A DNA stretch of 64,000 bases from Mycobacteriales bacterium (GTDB lineage Bacteria; Actinomycetota; Actinomycetes; JAFAQI01). The notes below the pieces were generated by a model. It was not told the DNA's origin. It did not search any database and worked only from the letters and a program-made list of their open reading frames with translations. Where the stretch lies: assembly GCA_035547035.1 (NCBI GenBank), contig DASZVL010000092.1, positions 86,113 through 150,112 of the forward strand, written 5' to 3'. Both the position numbers and the translations under genes were made by a program. How positions within the stretch are numbered: position 1 is the stretch's first letter; the number at the start of each line of letters is the position of its first letter. Shown here in pieces: positions 12,186 to 21,744 of this stretch.

Positions 12186-12944
12186 CTAGTGGGACGAAGC
12201 CGCAAGCCACTCAGCGAAGGTCTGCTTCCCGCGGCGATAGTCCCCCATCGGCAGCAGGCCATCGGTGGCCAGACCCTTGCCCACCGCGCCCGGCATCCGC
12301 ATCCGCGCGACAATCCGGCGGCTGCTTCTCGCCCGGAGCACAAGTCGCACCAAATCGGCCATCTCGTGCACCTCGGGTCCTGCCACGTCACCGGCCCGCC
12401 CGACGGGCGTGCCCAGCGCGACATCCACCAGCGCTTGGGCCGCCTCCTGGGCTGCGACCGTCTGGCTGCGCATCCGAGGAATCGGCACGACCGGTCCGCG
12501 GGGCGCCCGCTCCAGCAGCTGTGTCGGGAACTCGTGGAACTGGGTGGCGCGCACGACGCTCACCGGGAGCTTGCCCTCCAGCGCGATCGCCTCTTGCAGG
12601 CGCTTGCCCATGTAGTAGCCCATGTCGACCCGGTCACAACCGACGATCGACAGCACCACGAAGTGCTCTACGCCGGCCCGTGAGCCGGCCTCGATCAGGT
12701 TGGTGGTCGCAGCACGGAAGAACCGCTCGGAGGCGGCACGGCCGAGCGCGGCGACATTGCTGACGTCGATGACGACCTGCGAGCCCGCGATGGCCTCGTC
12801 CAGGCCGCTGCCGGCTGCCACATCGACACCGGTCGAGCGCGCGACCACGACGGGCTCGTGTCCTGCCGCGCGCAAGCCGTCGACGACGTGGCGTCCGACG
12901 ACGCCCGTTCCACCCACGACCGCAACTTTCACCGAGTGGCTCAC
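12186..12944 (-). CDS. NAD(P)-binding SDR/NmrA-like oxidoreductase
   Basis: Rossmann motif KVAVVGGTGVVG near the N-terminus. Start is either GTG at 12944 (GTGA overlap with the cax stop) or GTG at 12932. The track ORF extension to 13007 is unlikely. Confidence 0.75.
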   Translation of the reverse strand: MSHSVKVAVVGGTGVVGRHVVDGLRAAGHEPVVVARSTGVDVAAGSGLDEAIAGSQVVIDVSNVAALGRAASERFFRAATTNLIEAGSRAGVEHFVVLSIVGCDRVDMGYYMGKRLQEAIALEGKLPVSVVRATQFHEFPTQLLERAPRGPVVPIPRMRSQTVAAQEAAQALVDVALGTPVGRAGDVAGPEVHEMADLVRLVLRARSSRRIVARMRMPGAVGKGLATDGLLPMGDYRRGKQTFAEWLAASSH

Positions 12945-13996
12945 CCCCACCAGAACGAGGCGGCGACAACTGCGTACAGCCCGACGAGCGCTGACCCCTC
13001 GAGCCATTCGTACTCGCCATCGATGATCACGAAGCTGACTGCCAGCACCGAGGCAACCACAGTCGAGACCAACAGCGGCGGAAACGCAAGGGTGAACGTC
13101 GCGCCGCCGATCGCCGGAGAGATCAGGACGAGCACCGGCGCAAGCACGAGTGCGATCTGCAGCGGCGAGTTGAGGATCACCGAGAGCGCGTGGTCGGCCC
13201 GACCGCGCGCCGCCAACTGGATTCCAACCACGTTCTCGACCGCGTTGCCGGCGATGGCGACGATCACCAGACCCGCGAACGCCTGCGAGATGTGCAGCGC
13301 GCCGAGCGCAGGCTGCAGGGCGGCAACGAACCAGTCAGAGACGAATGCGGCCAGTACGCCGGTGACGGCGAGCGCAGCGATTGCGACCGGCGCCGGCCAC
13401 AGCGCGGCGTCAGGTTCGTGCTCCGCCTCGCCTTCGCTTCGACGCAGCGACGACGGCACCGAGAGAGCGAACACCGCCAGCAGCACGATCGATGCGATGA
13501 CGGACAGTGCGCGTTCATGATCGGACGCCGGACTGTTGACGTAGTGGGCGAGGCTCGGCACCAGCATCGCCGCGACCGCGAGGATCATCAGCGCGATCAG
13601 CGTTCGCGCGCGGTTGGCATCGAAAGCCTGTCGGCCGTTCTTCAACCCGCCGACCACGAACGCGAGACCGAGAACGAGCAGGACGTTGGAAAGGATCGAT
13701 CCGATGATCGCGGCCTCGACGACCTTCACGAGGCCCTCGCGCAAGGCGAAGATGCACACGAACAGCTCAGGCAGATTGCCGAGCGCGCTCTGGACGACGC
13801 CGGTCGCACCGGATCCCAGCCGGTCCGCGACCTGCTCGACGCTGCGGCCCACCAGAGCCGCGAGCGCCGCCAGCGCAAGCCCGGCGACGACAAACGTCGC
13901 AACGTGGGCGGCGCCCGCGAAGTTGAGCACGCCGGCGACGATTGTCAGGACCGTCGCCGACCCGATGATCAGGCGGTCTGATCGCGCGAGCGACAC
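12941..13996 (-). CDS. cax: calcium/proton exchanger (CaCA/ChaA family)
   Basis: 351 aa, polytopic. Alpha-repeat signatures GNLPELF and GNAVENV. Confidence 0.88.
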   Translation of the reverse strand: MSLARSDRLIIGSATVLTIVAGVLNFAGAAHVATFVVAGLALAALAALVGRSVEQVADRLGSGATGVVQSALGNLPELFVCIFALREGLVKVVEAAIIGSILSNVLLVLGLAFVVGGLKNGRQAFDANRARTLIALMILAVAAMLVPSLAHYVNSPASDHERALSVIASIVLLAVFALSVPSSLRRSEGEAEHEPDAALWPAPVAIAALAVTGVLAAFVSDWFVAALQPALGALHISQAFAGLVIVAIAGNAVENVVGIQLAARGRADHALSVILNSPLQIALVLAPVLVLISPAIGGATFTLAFPPLLVSTVVASVLAVSFVIIDGEYEWLEGSALVGLYAVVAASFWWG

Positions 13997-14002
13997 GAAG
14001 GA

Positions 14003-14728
14003 TCAGGTGATCTCGAGCAGCTTTTCGCGGACGGCGTAGACGACCGCCTCCATCCTCGAGTGCAGCTGGAGCTTCTCGAGGATGTTGCGGATGTGGTTCT
14101 TCACGGTGTTCTCGCTGATGAACAGCTGCTTGGCGATGTCGCGGTTGTTCATGCCCTTGGCGACGAGTCGGAGCACCTCCATCTCGCGGTCGGTCAGCCG
14201 CGGAACCGGTACCTGCTGGCGCTCCTCGCCGCGCTTGACCATCGAGGCGAACTCGTTGAGGAGCTTCGACGCCATCGACGGAGAGATGAGGGACTGCCCG
14301 CCGTGTACGGCGCGCACTGCGGATGCCACCTCGTCGATCGGGATCTCCTTGAGCAGGTAGCCCATCGCCCCTGCCTTGATCGCGTCGTACAGGTCGGCTT
14401 CCTCGTCGCTGATCGTCAGCATGATGATCTTTGCGCTCGGGACGGCGTCCTTGATCGCGACGCAGGCGTCGATGCCCCCGCGCTTGGGCATCCGCACATC
14501 CATCAGCACGACGTCGGGCAGCGCCTCGATCGACTTCTCGACTGCCTCCGCACCGTCCTCGGCCTCGCCGACGACCTCGATGTCGGGCTCCGAACCGAGC
14601 ACCATCTCCAGGCCGCGCCGGAACAGCGCGTGGTCGTCGACGACCAGGACTCTGATTGGTTCCCCGTCGCCCGGCGGCAGTGGCTCGCTAACACTGCTGT
14701 CGGTCATGTCCGTCACCGTGTCCTCCAC
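14003..14728 (-). CDS. LuxR/NarL-family two-component response regulator (no adjacent kinase)
   Basis: Receiver domain (IRVLVVDDHALFR...VVLMDVRMP) plus a C-terminal LuxR HTH (LTDREMEVLRLVAKGMNNRDIAKQLFISENTVKNH). The start is ambiguous: GTG 14728, GTG 14716 (GGAGGA 4 nt upstream) or ATG 14707. Confidence 0.92.
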   Translation of the reverse strand: MEDTVTDMTDSSVSEPLPPGDGEPIRVLVVDDHALFRRGLEMVLGSEPDIEVVGEAEDGAEAVEKSIEALPDVVLMDVRMPKRGGIDACVAIKDAVPSAKIIMLTISDEEADLYDAIKAGAMGYLLKEIPIDEVASAVRAVHGGQSLISPSMASKLLNEFASMVKRGEERQQVPVPRLTDREMEVLRLVAKGMNNRDIAKQLFISENTVKNHIRNILEKLQLHSRMEAVVYAVREKLLEIT

Positions 14729-14758
14729 ATTGCGCGGGCAGCCGAGCAGCGCGGACGT

Positions 14759-15175
14759 CTACTCGTCGCCGGGGCCAATGATGGCACGGTCCCCGTTCAG
14801 ACTGGGCTGAAGAGCGGGGCTCAAGCCCCCTCCGGTCGCGGTCGCGACCGATTCCGGCGTCCGGGCACCGTGATGGACGCGACGGCGGTCGGCAGCCCGC
14901 CGAAGCTGGTTTCCGAGCTTCTCGACAGCTGCGTCGAAGGCTGCAAAGGCATCTGCCGCTGCGCCCACCGCCCGCAGGGCCGGGCCGCGCGCGTGATACG
15001 TCAGCTCGACGTGGATCCTTCCCGCTGACTGTCGCGGGTTGCGCTCCTCACTGACCTCGACATCGACCCGCTCAGCCTTGCGGTCGAGTCTCGCTAGCCG
15101 ATCGAGCTTGTCCTGCACATTCGTGCGGAACCGCTCTCCCACCGTGGTGTTGCGCGACCTCACGACGACGTCCAC
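14759..15175 (-). CDS. hpf: ribosome hibernation promoting factor, short form (N-terminal RaiA/HPF domain only)
   Basis: 138 aa from GTG 15175, with AGGAGG 8 nt upstream. VDVVVRSRNTTVGERFRTNVQDKLDRLARLD...ERNPRQS...RRRVHHGARTPESV matches the HPF N-domain plus linker. The stop comes after IIGPGDE. There is no room for the ~60-aa C-terminal dimerisation domain before the next gene. Confidence 0.85.
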   Translation of the reverse strand: MDVVVRSRNTTVGERFRTNVQDKLDRLARLDRKAERVDVEVSEERNPRQSAGRIHVELTYHARGPALRAVGAAADAFAAFDAAVEKLGNQLRRAADRRRVHHGARTPESVATATGGGLSPALQPSLNGDRAIIGPGDE

Positions 15176-15253
15176 CGAGCAGACCTCCTGTCTCCCAGCC
15201 TGGGTGCGGGTGACTTGTGGCTGACGGTAGTGCCATTCCCCCCGCACCCCCAA

Positions 15254-15922
15254 CTACCAGTTTCTTCGGCGCGCGGTGGCGGCAATTGCAGCCGATCCGA
15301 CAACTTTCGCGCCGACGCGGGTCAAGGCGGCTGCCGCTTCGGACATCGTGGCGCCGGTCGTCACCAGATCGTCGACGACCACGACTGCGCGGCACTCGAG
15401 TCTTCGCACGACAGCCGGTCGAACCGCGAGCGCGCCGGCGAGGTTCGCAGCTCGCGCCGGCGCGGACAGTCCGGCAGAGTCCGCGACAGGTCGCGCCTGC
15501 ACGAGGCCGGGAACAACTACGGCACGATGGCCGGCAAGGCGCAGCTGCCTCGCCGCTCGACCGGCCAGCAGTCGCACCGTGTCATCGCCCCGGCGCCGGA
15601 CCGCGGCACCGGCGGATGGCGCAGGCACCAGGAGCACTGACTGGTCACGGTGCAGCGCAGCGCCGACTGCGCGCGCGAGCACGTCACCCAGGGGCTTCGC
15701 CAGCCCGACGGCACCGCGCTCCTTGAATGCGAGCAGCAGCGCGCGGGTCGGGCCGTCGTACGTCGCGACCACATACGTCGCCGGCATGCCGGCGGGACAC
15801 GGCGTCGGATAGTGACGAACCGCAGGCGCGGCAAGCGGCAGGGCGCACCGATGGCAGAGCATGCGGCCCGGCGTTCCGCAGCCCGCGCATTGCGTCGGGC
15901 AGATCAGGTCGAGCAACGACAT
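15254..15922 (-). CDS. comF: ComF family protein (phosphoribosyltransferase domain)
   Basis: N-terminal zinc-finger-like CPTQCAGCG...CHRC and the C-terminal PRTase motif VVVVDDLVTTGATM. ATG at 15922. The upstream extension of the track ORF overlaps lpqB. Confidence 0.85.
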   Translation of the reverse strand: MSLLDLICPTQCAGCGTPGRMLCHRCALPLAAPAVRHYPTPCPAGMPATYVVATYDGPTRALLLAFKERGAVGLAKPLGDVLARAVGAALHRDQSVLLVPAPSAGAAVRRRGDDTVRLLAGRAARQLRLAGHRAVVVPGLVQARPVADSAGLSAPARAANLAGALAVRPAVVRRLECRAVVVVDDLVTTGATMSEAAAALTRVGAKVVGSAAIAATARRRNW

Positions 15923-15990
15923 GCGACCGAGCGTCGGAGTCGCGGATGCGCTCACGGCACGCCATGCAAGCGAGATGTGGGCGAATCCCG

Positions 15991-17682
15991 CTATCCCCCG
16001 GCGTACTCGGGGCTTGCGGCTTCTGACACCCTGCGCCAGCGCCGGCCGGCGAGCTGCCAGGTCCCGGCAGGGCTCGCCGCCAGCACGCGCTCGCCCGGCG
16101 CCGCCGCGACGGTGTCGACCGCTGCCGGCAGCCCCGGGCCACTCAGGTCCGCGATCTGATAGCCGTCCGAGGTGACTCGGACGACGCCGCGTCGTCCCCC
16201 CGCCCGCAAAACGGTGGTGACGAGCTCGTCGGCGGCCGCCCACGCGACACCGGCCACGTCGGATCTCGCCCGCACCAGCACCCGCGGCTCGCGAAACTCG
16301 AAGCGACTCCCGGACTGCACCACGGTGGCAAGGTCGAGCTCCGCACCGCCGGCGGTGGCCACCACGGCGGCGACCCGGGCGCCGTCGCGCGACATGGCGA
16401 GGTCGCGTACCGACGCGCCCTTCAGCCGGCCGGTCAGCGTCACCCGCTGCGGCCGGCTGTCGGGTGCGGCGGCGTACACGTGACCGGAGGAGGTCGCGAC
16501 GAACACCGCGTTTCCCGGCCCAAAGGTCGGCGACGTGATCTGCGTCGCGCGCAGCCGCTGATGCAGCGGGCCGGCGATGTCGCCGACGAGCAGCTCCTCA
16601 CTCGCTCCGGTGTCACGGATGCCGGCGAGGACTTGGCCGTCGGCGCTACGGGCGGCGGCGATGAGCGCGACGTGGTTCAGCGCCGGCGGGACTGCGGCGT
16701 CAATGCCGAGGACATTGCCGTCGTGCACGACCAGCGCACCCCGCAGGGCCGCAACAGGCGCCGGATCGAACTGCCGCCAGGAGCTCGCCGGCTGAAGGCT
16801 CGGTACGCCTGGGGCTTCCAGCGGCGAGCCGTTGGCGAGTAGATGGACCGCGGTGACCGAGGAGAGCTGGCTCAGCGTCCACACGATCTGTGCCGAGAGG
16901 CGCGCCCCCTGCGCAGCGCTGATCTGGCTCGCGCCGGACGAGAGGTCGACCTCCGCCACCCCGTCGGCGCTGATCGGGACGTTTCCGACGAGAGTGGTCC
17001 CGCGCGGAACTGCCGTGCGGACGCCTGGTGCGAGCAACGGGCTCGGACCAGCGAGCAATCCACGAATCAACGTGGTCGCGATGCCTGGCTCCTGGGGTGG
17101 CACGAGCACCGGCTGCGGGACGAGTCGAGTACCGGCGGGCGTCAGGAAGTACAACGCCGCAGGCTGGAGCAATCGCCCTGCATCGTCCGAGGACAGCAGA
17201 ACGCCCGCGTCGAGGTGGCTGATGCGCCACTGACCGGCATGGCGGGTGAGGTGATACGTCCGCCTGATCGAGCCGCCGCCCACGCGATACACGCCGTGCG
17301 GGCCGACCACACCGACCCGCTGCGCGCGTACCACGACGGTGTCGCGCCCGCTGGGCACGAGTCGGCTCGGCTCGGCATAGATCGTCATGCCACTGGCGGT
17401 GCTCCACGTCGTACCCGGAGCCAGGTAGGACCGGGCGACGCCGTATCCGCCGTCGCTGTCGACCATCGCGCGCAGGAAGCCGCCGACCAGCTGCACCGGG
17501 CTGGCACCGGGCTGAGGACCGGCCGGCACCTCGCGCACGGTCACGTCGGCGAGCCCACCGCCTGCGGCAGCGACTGGGCGGCCGACCCGAACCGGCCCCG
17601 AATCGGGGACGCCCGCGCAACCGCCGACCGCGACGAGCGCCACAGCGACCGCAAGCCCGTGACGACGTGCCCGGGCGATCAT
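15991..17682 (-). CDS. lpqB: MtrAB-associated lipoprotein LpqB
   Basis: 563 aa. Lipobox LVAVGGC. Lies immediately downstream of mtrB with a 4-nt overlap, the conserved mtrA-mtrB-lpqB order. Confidence 0.93.
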   Translation of the reverse strand: MIARARRHGLAVAVALVAVGGCAGVPDSGPVRVGRPVAAAGGGLADVTVREVPAGPQPGASPVQLVGGFLRAMVDSDGGYGVARSYLAPGTTWSTASGMTIYAEPSRLVPSGRDTVVVRAQRVGVVGPHGVYRVGGGSIRRTYHLTRHAGQWRISHLDAGVLLSSDDAGRLLQPAALYFLTPAGTRLVPQPVLVPPQEPGIATTLIRGLLAGPSPLLAPGVRTAVPRGTTLVGNVPISADGVAEVDLSSGASQISAAQGARLSAQIVWTLSQLSSVTAVHLLANGSPLEAPGVPSLQPASSWRQFDPAPVAALRGALVVHDGNVLGIDAAVPPALNHVALIAAARSADGQVLAGIRDTGASEELLVGDIAGPLHQRLRATQITSPTFGPGNAVFVATSSGHVYAAAPDSRPQRVTLTGRLKGASVRDLAMSRDGARVAAVVATAGGAELDLATVVQSGSRFEFREPRVLVRARSDVAGVAWAAADELVTTVLRAGGRRGVVRVTSDGYQIADLSGPGLPAAVDTVAAAPGERVLAASPAGTWQLAGRRWRRVSEAASPEYAGG

Positions 17683-19256
17683 GCGCGGGCCGCCTGCGCG
17701 GGCGGGCCGTCCGAGGGCTGGACCTCGTCGGGCTCCAGGGGCAGCGGGGAGGCGGTGAGCGCACTACCGGCATGTGACGGCAACGTGACGCGGAACACCG
17801 AGCCGCGGCCCGGCTCTCCCCACGCCTGCAGCCAACCGCCGTGCAAGCGCACGTCCTCCAGCGCGATGGACAGACCTAGCCCGGTGCCCCCGCGGGTGCG
17901 GGCGCGCGCCGGATCGGCGCGCCAGAACCGGCCGAACACCAGCGAAGCCTCGCCCGGGCGCAGCCCGACGCCATGGTCTCGGACGGTGATCGCGACCGCA
18001 TCGCCCGATCCGCGCAACCGAACCGAGACGGGCTCCCCTTCCCCGTGCTCGAGAGCGTTGTCCACGAGGTTGCGCAGGACCCGCTCGATGCGCCGTGCGT
18101 CGACGTCAACGACGACGGGCTCGTCCGGCAGGTCGGCAACGATCGACGAGCCGCGACGCTCGGACAGGGGCGCTGCGAGGTCGATCACCTGCTTGACCAG
18201 ATGTACGACGTCGATCGGCTCGGCGTCGAGAACGGCCGCACCCGCGTCGTGCCGGCTGATCTCCAGCAGATCGGACAGTAGCGACTCGAACCGGTCGAGC
18301 TGCGCCTGCAGCAGCTCGGAGGATCGGGTCAGCTCAGGTGGCAGGTCGGCGCTCGAGTCGTGCAGGATGTCGGCGGCCATGCGGATCGTGGTGATCGGCG
18401 TACGCAGCTCATGCGACACGTCCGCGACGAAGCGGCGTTGCAGCCGGCTGAGCTCACGCAGCTGGGAGATCTGCTGCTGCACGGTGTCCGCCATGCGGTT
18501 GAACGAGGCCGCGAGCGTCGCGAGGTCGTCCTCACCACGAACCCGCATCCGCTCCTTCAGTCGACCGGCCGCGAGCCGCTCGGCCGTCGCGGCAGCCTGC
18601 CGTACCGGCCGGACCACCTCCCTCGTCACCACTGCCGCGATGCCGACCAGCAGCAGTACCAGCGCAGCGCCTGCGAACAGCATCGTGCGCTCGACCAAGC
18701 GGATGGTCGCCGCTTCACGAGTCAGCGGAAAGACGTAGTAGAGCTGGTAGCGCACGGCGCCGGCCTGCACGGGCGCACCGATCACCAGGGCCGCCGTCGG
18801 CTGCCGCCCGTTGCGCAACCGCGTGTACGTCCATGCCTCACTACCGAGGCGTGACACCGTGGACTGCAGCTCGAGCGGGATGCTCGCAACCGCGGACGCC
18901 GGACCGTACGACGCCAGCCCGGGCCCGGCGGGCAGCATCACAACATCGTTGTCACCCTGGTCGCTCGACAGCTCGGTGACGATGCCGTAGGCGGTGCGCT
19001 CGACGGCGTTCGGGTCGGAACCGGGCAGGGCGAGGAACTGGTCCTGGGCGTGCTGAACGCCACTGCCGAGCTGGCTCTGTGCCGAGCGGACTGCCGAGCT
19101 CAGCAAGCCACTGCGCACCTGGTGCAGGATCGTGACGCCGATCAGCACACTGACGGTCGCCGACAGCAGCAGCGTGGTCGCGACCACTCGGGTCTGCAGT
19201 GAGGAGCGCCACTGGTGACGGATCGCGCGGCCGGGACCGGTCAGCCACCGCCTCAC
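17679..19256 (-). CDS. mtrB: sensor histidine kinase MtrB
   Basis: 525 aa. Two TM segments, HAMP, H-box SHELRTPITTI, and N/G boxes (NLVDNALEH, GTGLGLSI). Confidence 0.95.
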   Translation of the reverse strand: MRRWLTGPGRAIRHQWRSSLQTRVVATTLLLSATVSVLIGVTILHQVRSGLLSSAVRSAQSQLGSGVQHAQDQFLALPGSDPNAVERTAYGIVTELSSDQGDNDVVMLPAGPGLASYGPASAVASIPLELQSTVSRLGSEAWTYTRLRNGRQPTAALVIGAPVQAGAVRYQLYYVFPLTREAATIRLVERTMLFAGAALVLLLVGIAAVVTREVVRPVRQAAATAERLAAGRLKERMRVRGEDDLATLAASFNRMADTVQQQISQLRELSRLQRRFVADVSHELRTPITTIRMAADILHDSSADLPPELTRSSELLQAQLDRFESLLSDLLEISRHDAGAAVLDAEPIDVVHLVKQVIDLAAPLSERRGSSIVADLPDEPVVVDVDARRIERVLRNLVDNALEHGEGEPVSVRLRGSGDAVAITVRDHGVGLRPGEASLVFGRFWRADPARARTRGGTGLGLSIALEDVRLHGGWLQAWGEPGRGSVFRVTLPSHAGSALTASPLPLEPDEVQPSDGPPAQAARA

Positions 19257-19951
19257 GGTGGGCCGGCCTTGTAGCCCACCCCCCGCACCGTCACGACGAC
19301 GTCCGGATGCTCAGGGTCGCGCTCGACCTTCGCCCGTAGACGCTGCACGTGGACGTTGACGAGACGGGTGTCGGCGACGTGGCGGTAGCCCCACACCTGC
19401 TCGAGCAGGTGGTCACGGGTGAACACCTGCCGCGGCTTGCGAGCAAGCGCGACGAGGAGGTCGAACTCGAGCGGTGTCAGTGCGATCGGCTGGCCGTCAC
19501 GGCTGACCACATGCCCCGCGACGTCGATCACGACATCACCGATCTGCAACGTCTCACCGACGACGTCGTCGTTGCGGCGCAGCCGGGCGCGGATCCGCGC
19601 GACGAGCTCCTTCGGCTTGAACGGCTTGACGATGTAGTCGTCAGCACCCGACTCCAGGCCGATCACGACATCACCCGTGTCGGCGCGTGCCGTCAGCATC
19701 ACGATCGGCGTCCCGCTCTCGGCCCGGATCGCACGGCACACGTCGACCCCGTCGGTTCCCGGCAGCATCAAGTCGAGCAGCACGAGATCCGGCTTCGTGC
19801 TGCGGAACGCGGCGAGTGCACTGTCGCCGTCGCCGACAAACGACGGTTCGAAGCCCTCGTTGCGAAGGACGATGCCTAGCATCTCCGACAGCGCAGGATC
19901 GTCATCGACCACCAGCACTCGGGCCTTCACCCCACCATCGTGGCACCGCAT
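19253..19951 (-). CDS. mtrA: OmpR-family response regulator MtrA
   Basis: Near-identical in long stretches to mycobacterial MtrA as I recall it (KPFKPKELVARIRARLRRND, LTPLEFDLLVALARKPRQVFTR, LLEQVWGYRH, DTRLVNVHVQRLRAKVE, VRGVGYKAGPP). Start is ATG 19951 or GTG 19930. Confidence 0.95.
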   Translation of the reverse strand: MRCHDGGVKARVLVVDDDPALSEMLGIVLRNEGFEPSFVGDGDSALAAFRSTKPDLVLLDLMLPGTDGVDVCRAIRAESGTPIVMLTARADTGDVVIGLESGADDYIVKPFKPKELVARIRARLRRNDDVVGETLQIGDVVIDVAGHVVSRDGQPIALTPLEFDLLVALARKPRQVFTRDHLLEQVWGYRHVADTRLVNVHVQRLRAKVERDPEHPDVVVTVRGVGYKAGPP

Positions 19952-20063
19952 GGTGGCCGCGGCCGGATCCCCAGCTCGGTACGACGGCGGAACGATCCCC
20001 AATGCGGCCGCTGCAGGCCGCAATGCCGGCAGAGCTGTCAGGAGCGCCACGCAGTCTCGCGGC

Positions 20064-20234
20064 ATGGCCGGAACCCTGATTGATGCGTGGTCGGTGGTCG
20101 TCTACACCGAGATGCCGTTGACGGCGGCGGAGACTGACGAGCTACGTCACCGCGTCGAGCGCGAGCTGGTTGCGGCGGCAACGTGGATGACCGCCACGCT
20201 CGACCCGCATGTCCTGGTGCGAGTCGAGCAGTGA
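20064..20234 (+). CDS. small hypothetical protein (56 aa)
   Basis: ATG at 20064, sequence MAGTLIDAWSVVVYTEMPLTAAETDELRHRVERELVAAATWMTATLDPHVLVRVEQ. About 80 percent GC3 by eye. It fills the mtrA-ahcY gap on the opposite strand. No recognisable domain. Confidence 0.35.
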   Translation: MAGTLIDAWSVVVYTEMPLTAAETDELRHRVERELVAAATWMTATLDPHVLVRVEQ

Positions 20235-20246
20235 CGGGCAGCGGTC

Positions 20247-21692
20247 TTAGTAGCGGTAGGCGTCGGTCTTGAACGGGCCTTCGACCGGTACGCCGATGTA
20301 GTCGGCCTGCTCGTTGGTCAACGTCGTGAGCTTCACGCCGAGCGCGTCGAGATGCAGCCGAGCGACCTTCTCGTCGAGGTGCTTCGGAAGGACGTGGACG
20401 CCGACGGGGTAGTCATCGAGCTTCGTGAACAGCTCGACCTGCGCGATGGTCTGGTTCGTGAAGGAGTTGCTCATCACGAACGACGGGTGGCCTGTCGCGT
20501 TGCCGAGGTTCAGCAGCCGGCCCTCGCTCAACACGATGATCGAATGACCGTCGGCAAACACCCACTCGTCGACCTGCGGCTTCACGTTCTCGCATCGGAC
20601 GCCCGGGAGTGCTGCGAGCCCCGCCATGTCGATCTCGTTGTCGAAGTGCCCGATGGTGCCGACAATCGCGCCCTGCTTCATTCGCGCCATGTCGGTGGCC
20701 TTGATGATGTTGAAGTTGCCGGTCGCCGTCACGAAGATGTCGGCGGTCTCGACGACGTCGTCCAACGTGAGGACCTGGTAGCCGTCCATCGCAGCCTGCA
20801 GCGCGCAGATCGGGTCGATCTCGGTGACGATGACCCGAGCGCCCTGGCCACGAAGTGACTCGGCGCAACCCTTGCCGACGTCGCCGTAGCCGAAGACCAC
20901 GGCGACCTTGCCGCCGATCAGAACGTCCGTGCCGCGGTTGATGCCGTCGACAAGCGAGTGGCGGCAGCCGTACTTGTTGTCGAACTTCGACTTGGTCACC
21001 GAGTCGTTGACGTTGATGGCGGGGAACAGCAGCTCGCCGCGCTCGTGCATCTGGTAGAGCCGGTGCACGCCGGTCGTGGTCTCCTCGGTGACGCCCTTGA
21101 TCGCGCCGGAGATGTTGGTCCAGCGGGTCGCGTCCTCGGACAGCGACTTGGTGAGCAGGCGAAGGATCACGCCGTACTCCTCGGAGTCGGCCGTCGACGG
21201 GTCAGGAACGCTGCCGGCCTTCTCGAACTCGACGCCCTTGTGCACGAGCAGGGTCGCGTCACCGCCGTCGTCAAGCAGCATGTTCGGGCCCGCACTCTTT
21301 CCATCAACCGAGGCAGGCCACAGCAATGCCTTCTCGGTGCAGTCCCAGTACTCCTCGAGCGTCTCGCCCTTCCACGCGAAGACCGGGACGCCGGCGGGAG
21401 CGTCAACGGTGCCCTCGGGGCCGACGACGACGGCTGCCGCCGCATGGTCCTGGGTCGAGAAGATGTTGCACGAGGCCCAGCGGACCTCCGCGCCGAGCGC
21501 AACGAGTGTCTCGATCAGCACAGCGGTCTGGATCGTCATGTGCAGCGAGCCCGTGATGCGCGCGCCTGCGAGCGGCTGCGCAGCGCCGTACTCCGCCCGC
21601 ATCGCCATCAAGCCAGGCATCTCGTGCTCGGCAAGGACGATCTCCTTGCGCCCGAACGCGGCGAGCGAAAGGTCGGCGACTCGGTAATCCAT
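20247..21692 (-). CDS. ahcY: adenosylhomocysteinase
   Basis: 481 aa. [32 protein letters not shown]-binding GYGDVGKG, and a C-terminal tail ending KTDAYRY. Confidence 0.98.
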   Translation of the reverse strand: MDYRVADLSLAAFGRKEIVLAEHEMPGLMAMRAEYGAAQPLAGARITGSLHMTIQTAVLIETLVALGAEVRWASCNIFSTQDHAAAAVVVGPEGTVDAPAGVPVFAWKGETLEEYWDCTEKALLWPASVDGKSAGPNMLLDDGGDATLLVHKGVEFEKAGSVPDPSTADSEEYGVILRLLTKSLSEDATRWTNISGAIKGVTEETTTGVHRLYQMHERGELLFPAINVNDSVTKSKFDNKYGCRHSLVDGINRGTDVLIGGKVAVVFGYGDVGKGCAESLRGQGARVIVTEIDPICALQAAMDGYQVLTLDDVVETADIFVTATGNFNIIKATDMARMKQGAIVGTIGHFDNEIDMAGLAALPGVRCENVKPQVDEWVFADGHSIIVLSEGRLLNLGNATGHPSFVMSNSFTNQTIAQVELFTKLDDYPVGVHVLPKHLDEKVARLHLDALGVKLTTLTNEQADYIGVPVEGPFKTDAYRY

Positions 21693-21744
21693 CGGAAGCT
21701 CCAGAGCGGACGGGACGATAACGGTGTCGGAGCCAGACTACGGG

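Noticed and set aside
15226-15258. A hairpin, GGTAGT…ACTACC, with a 21-nt loop that carries two C-runs on the plus strand (CCCCCCGCACCCCC). This is reminiscent of the C-rich loops of the actinobacterial 6C RNA.
   Set aside because: Only one stem-loop is present, whereas 6C has two. The stem is only 6 bp and overlaps the comF stop codon. The C-rich strand is antisense to both flanking genes. It is more simply a comF-hpf intercistronic hairpin, G-rich on the transcribed strand.
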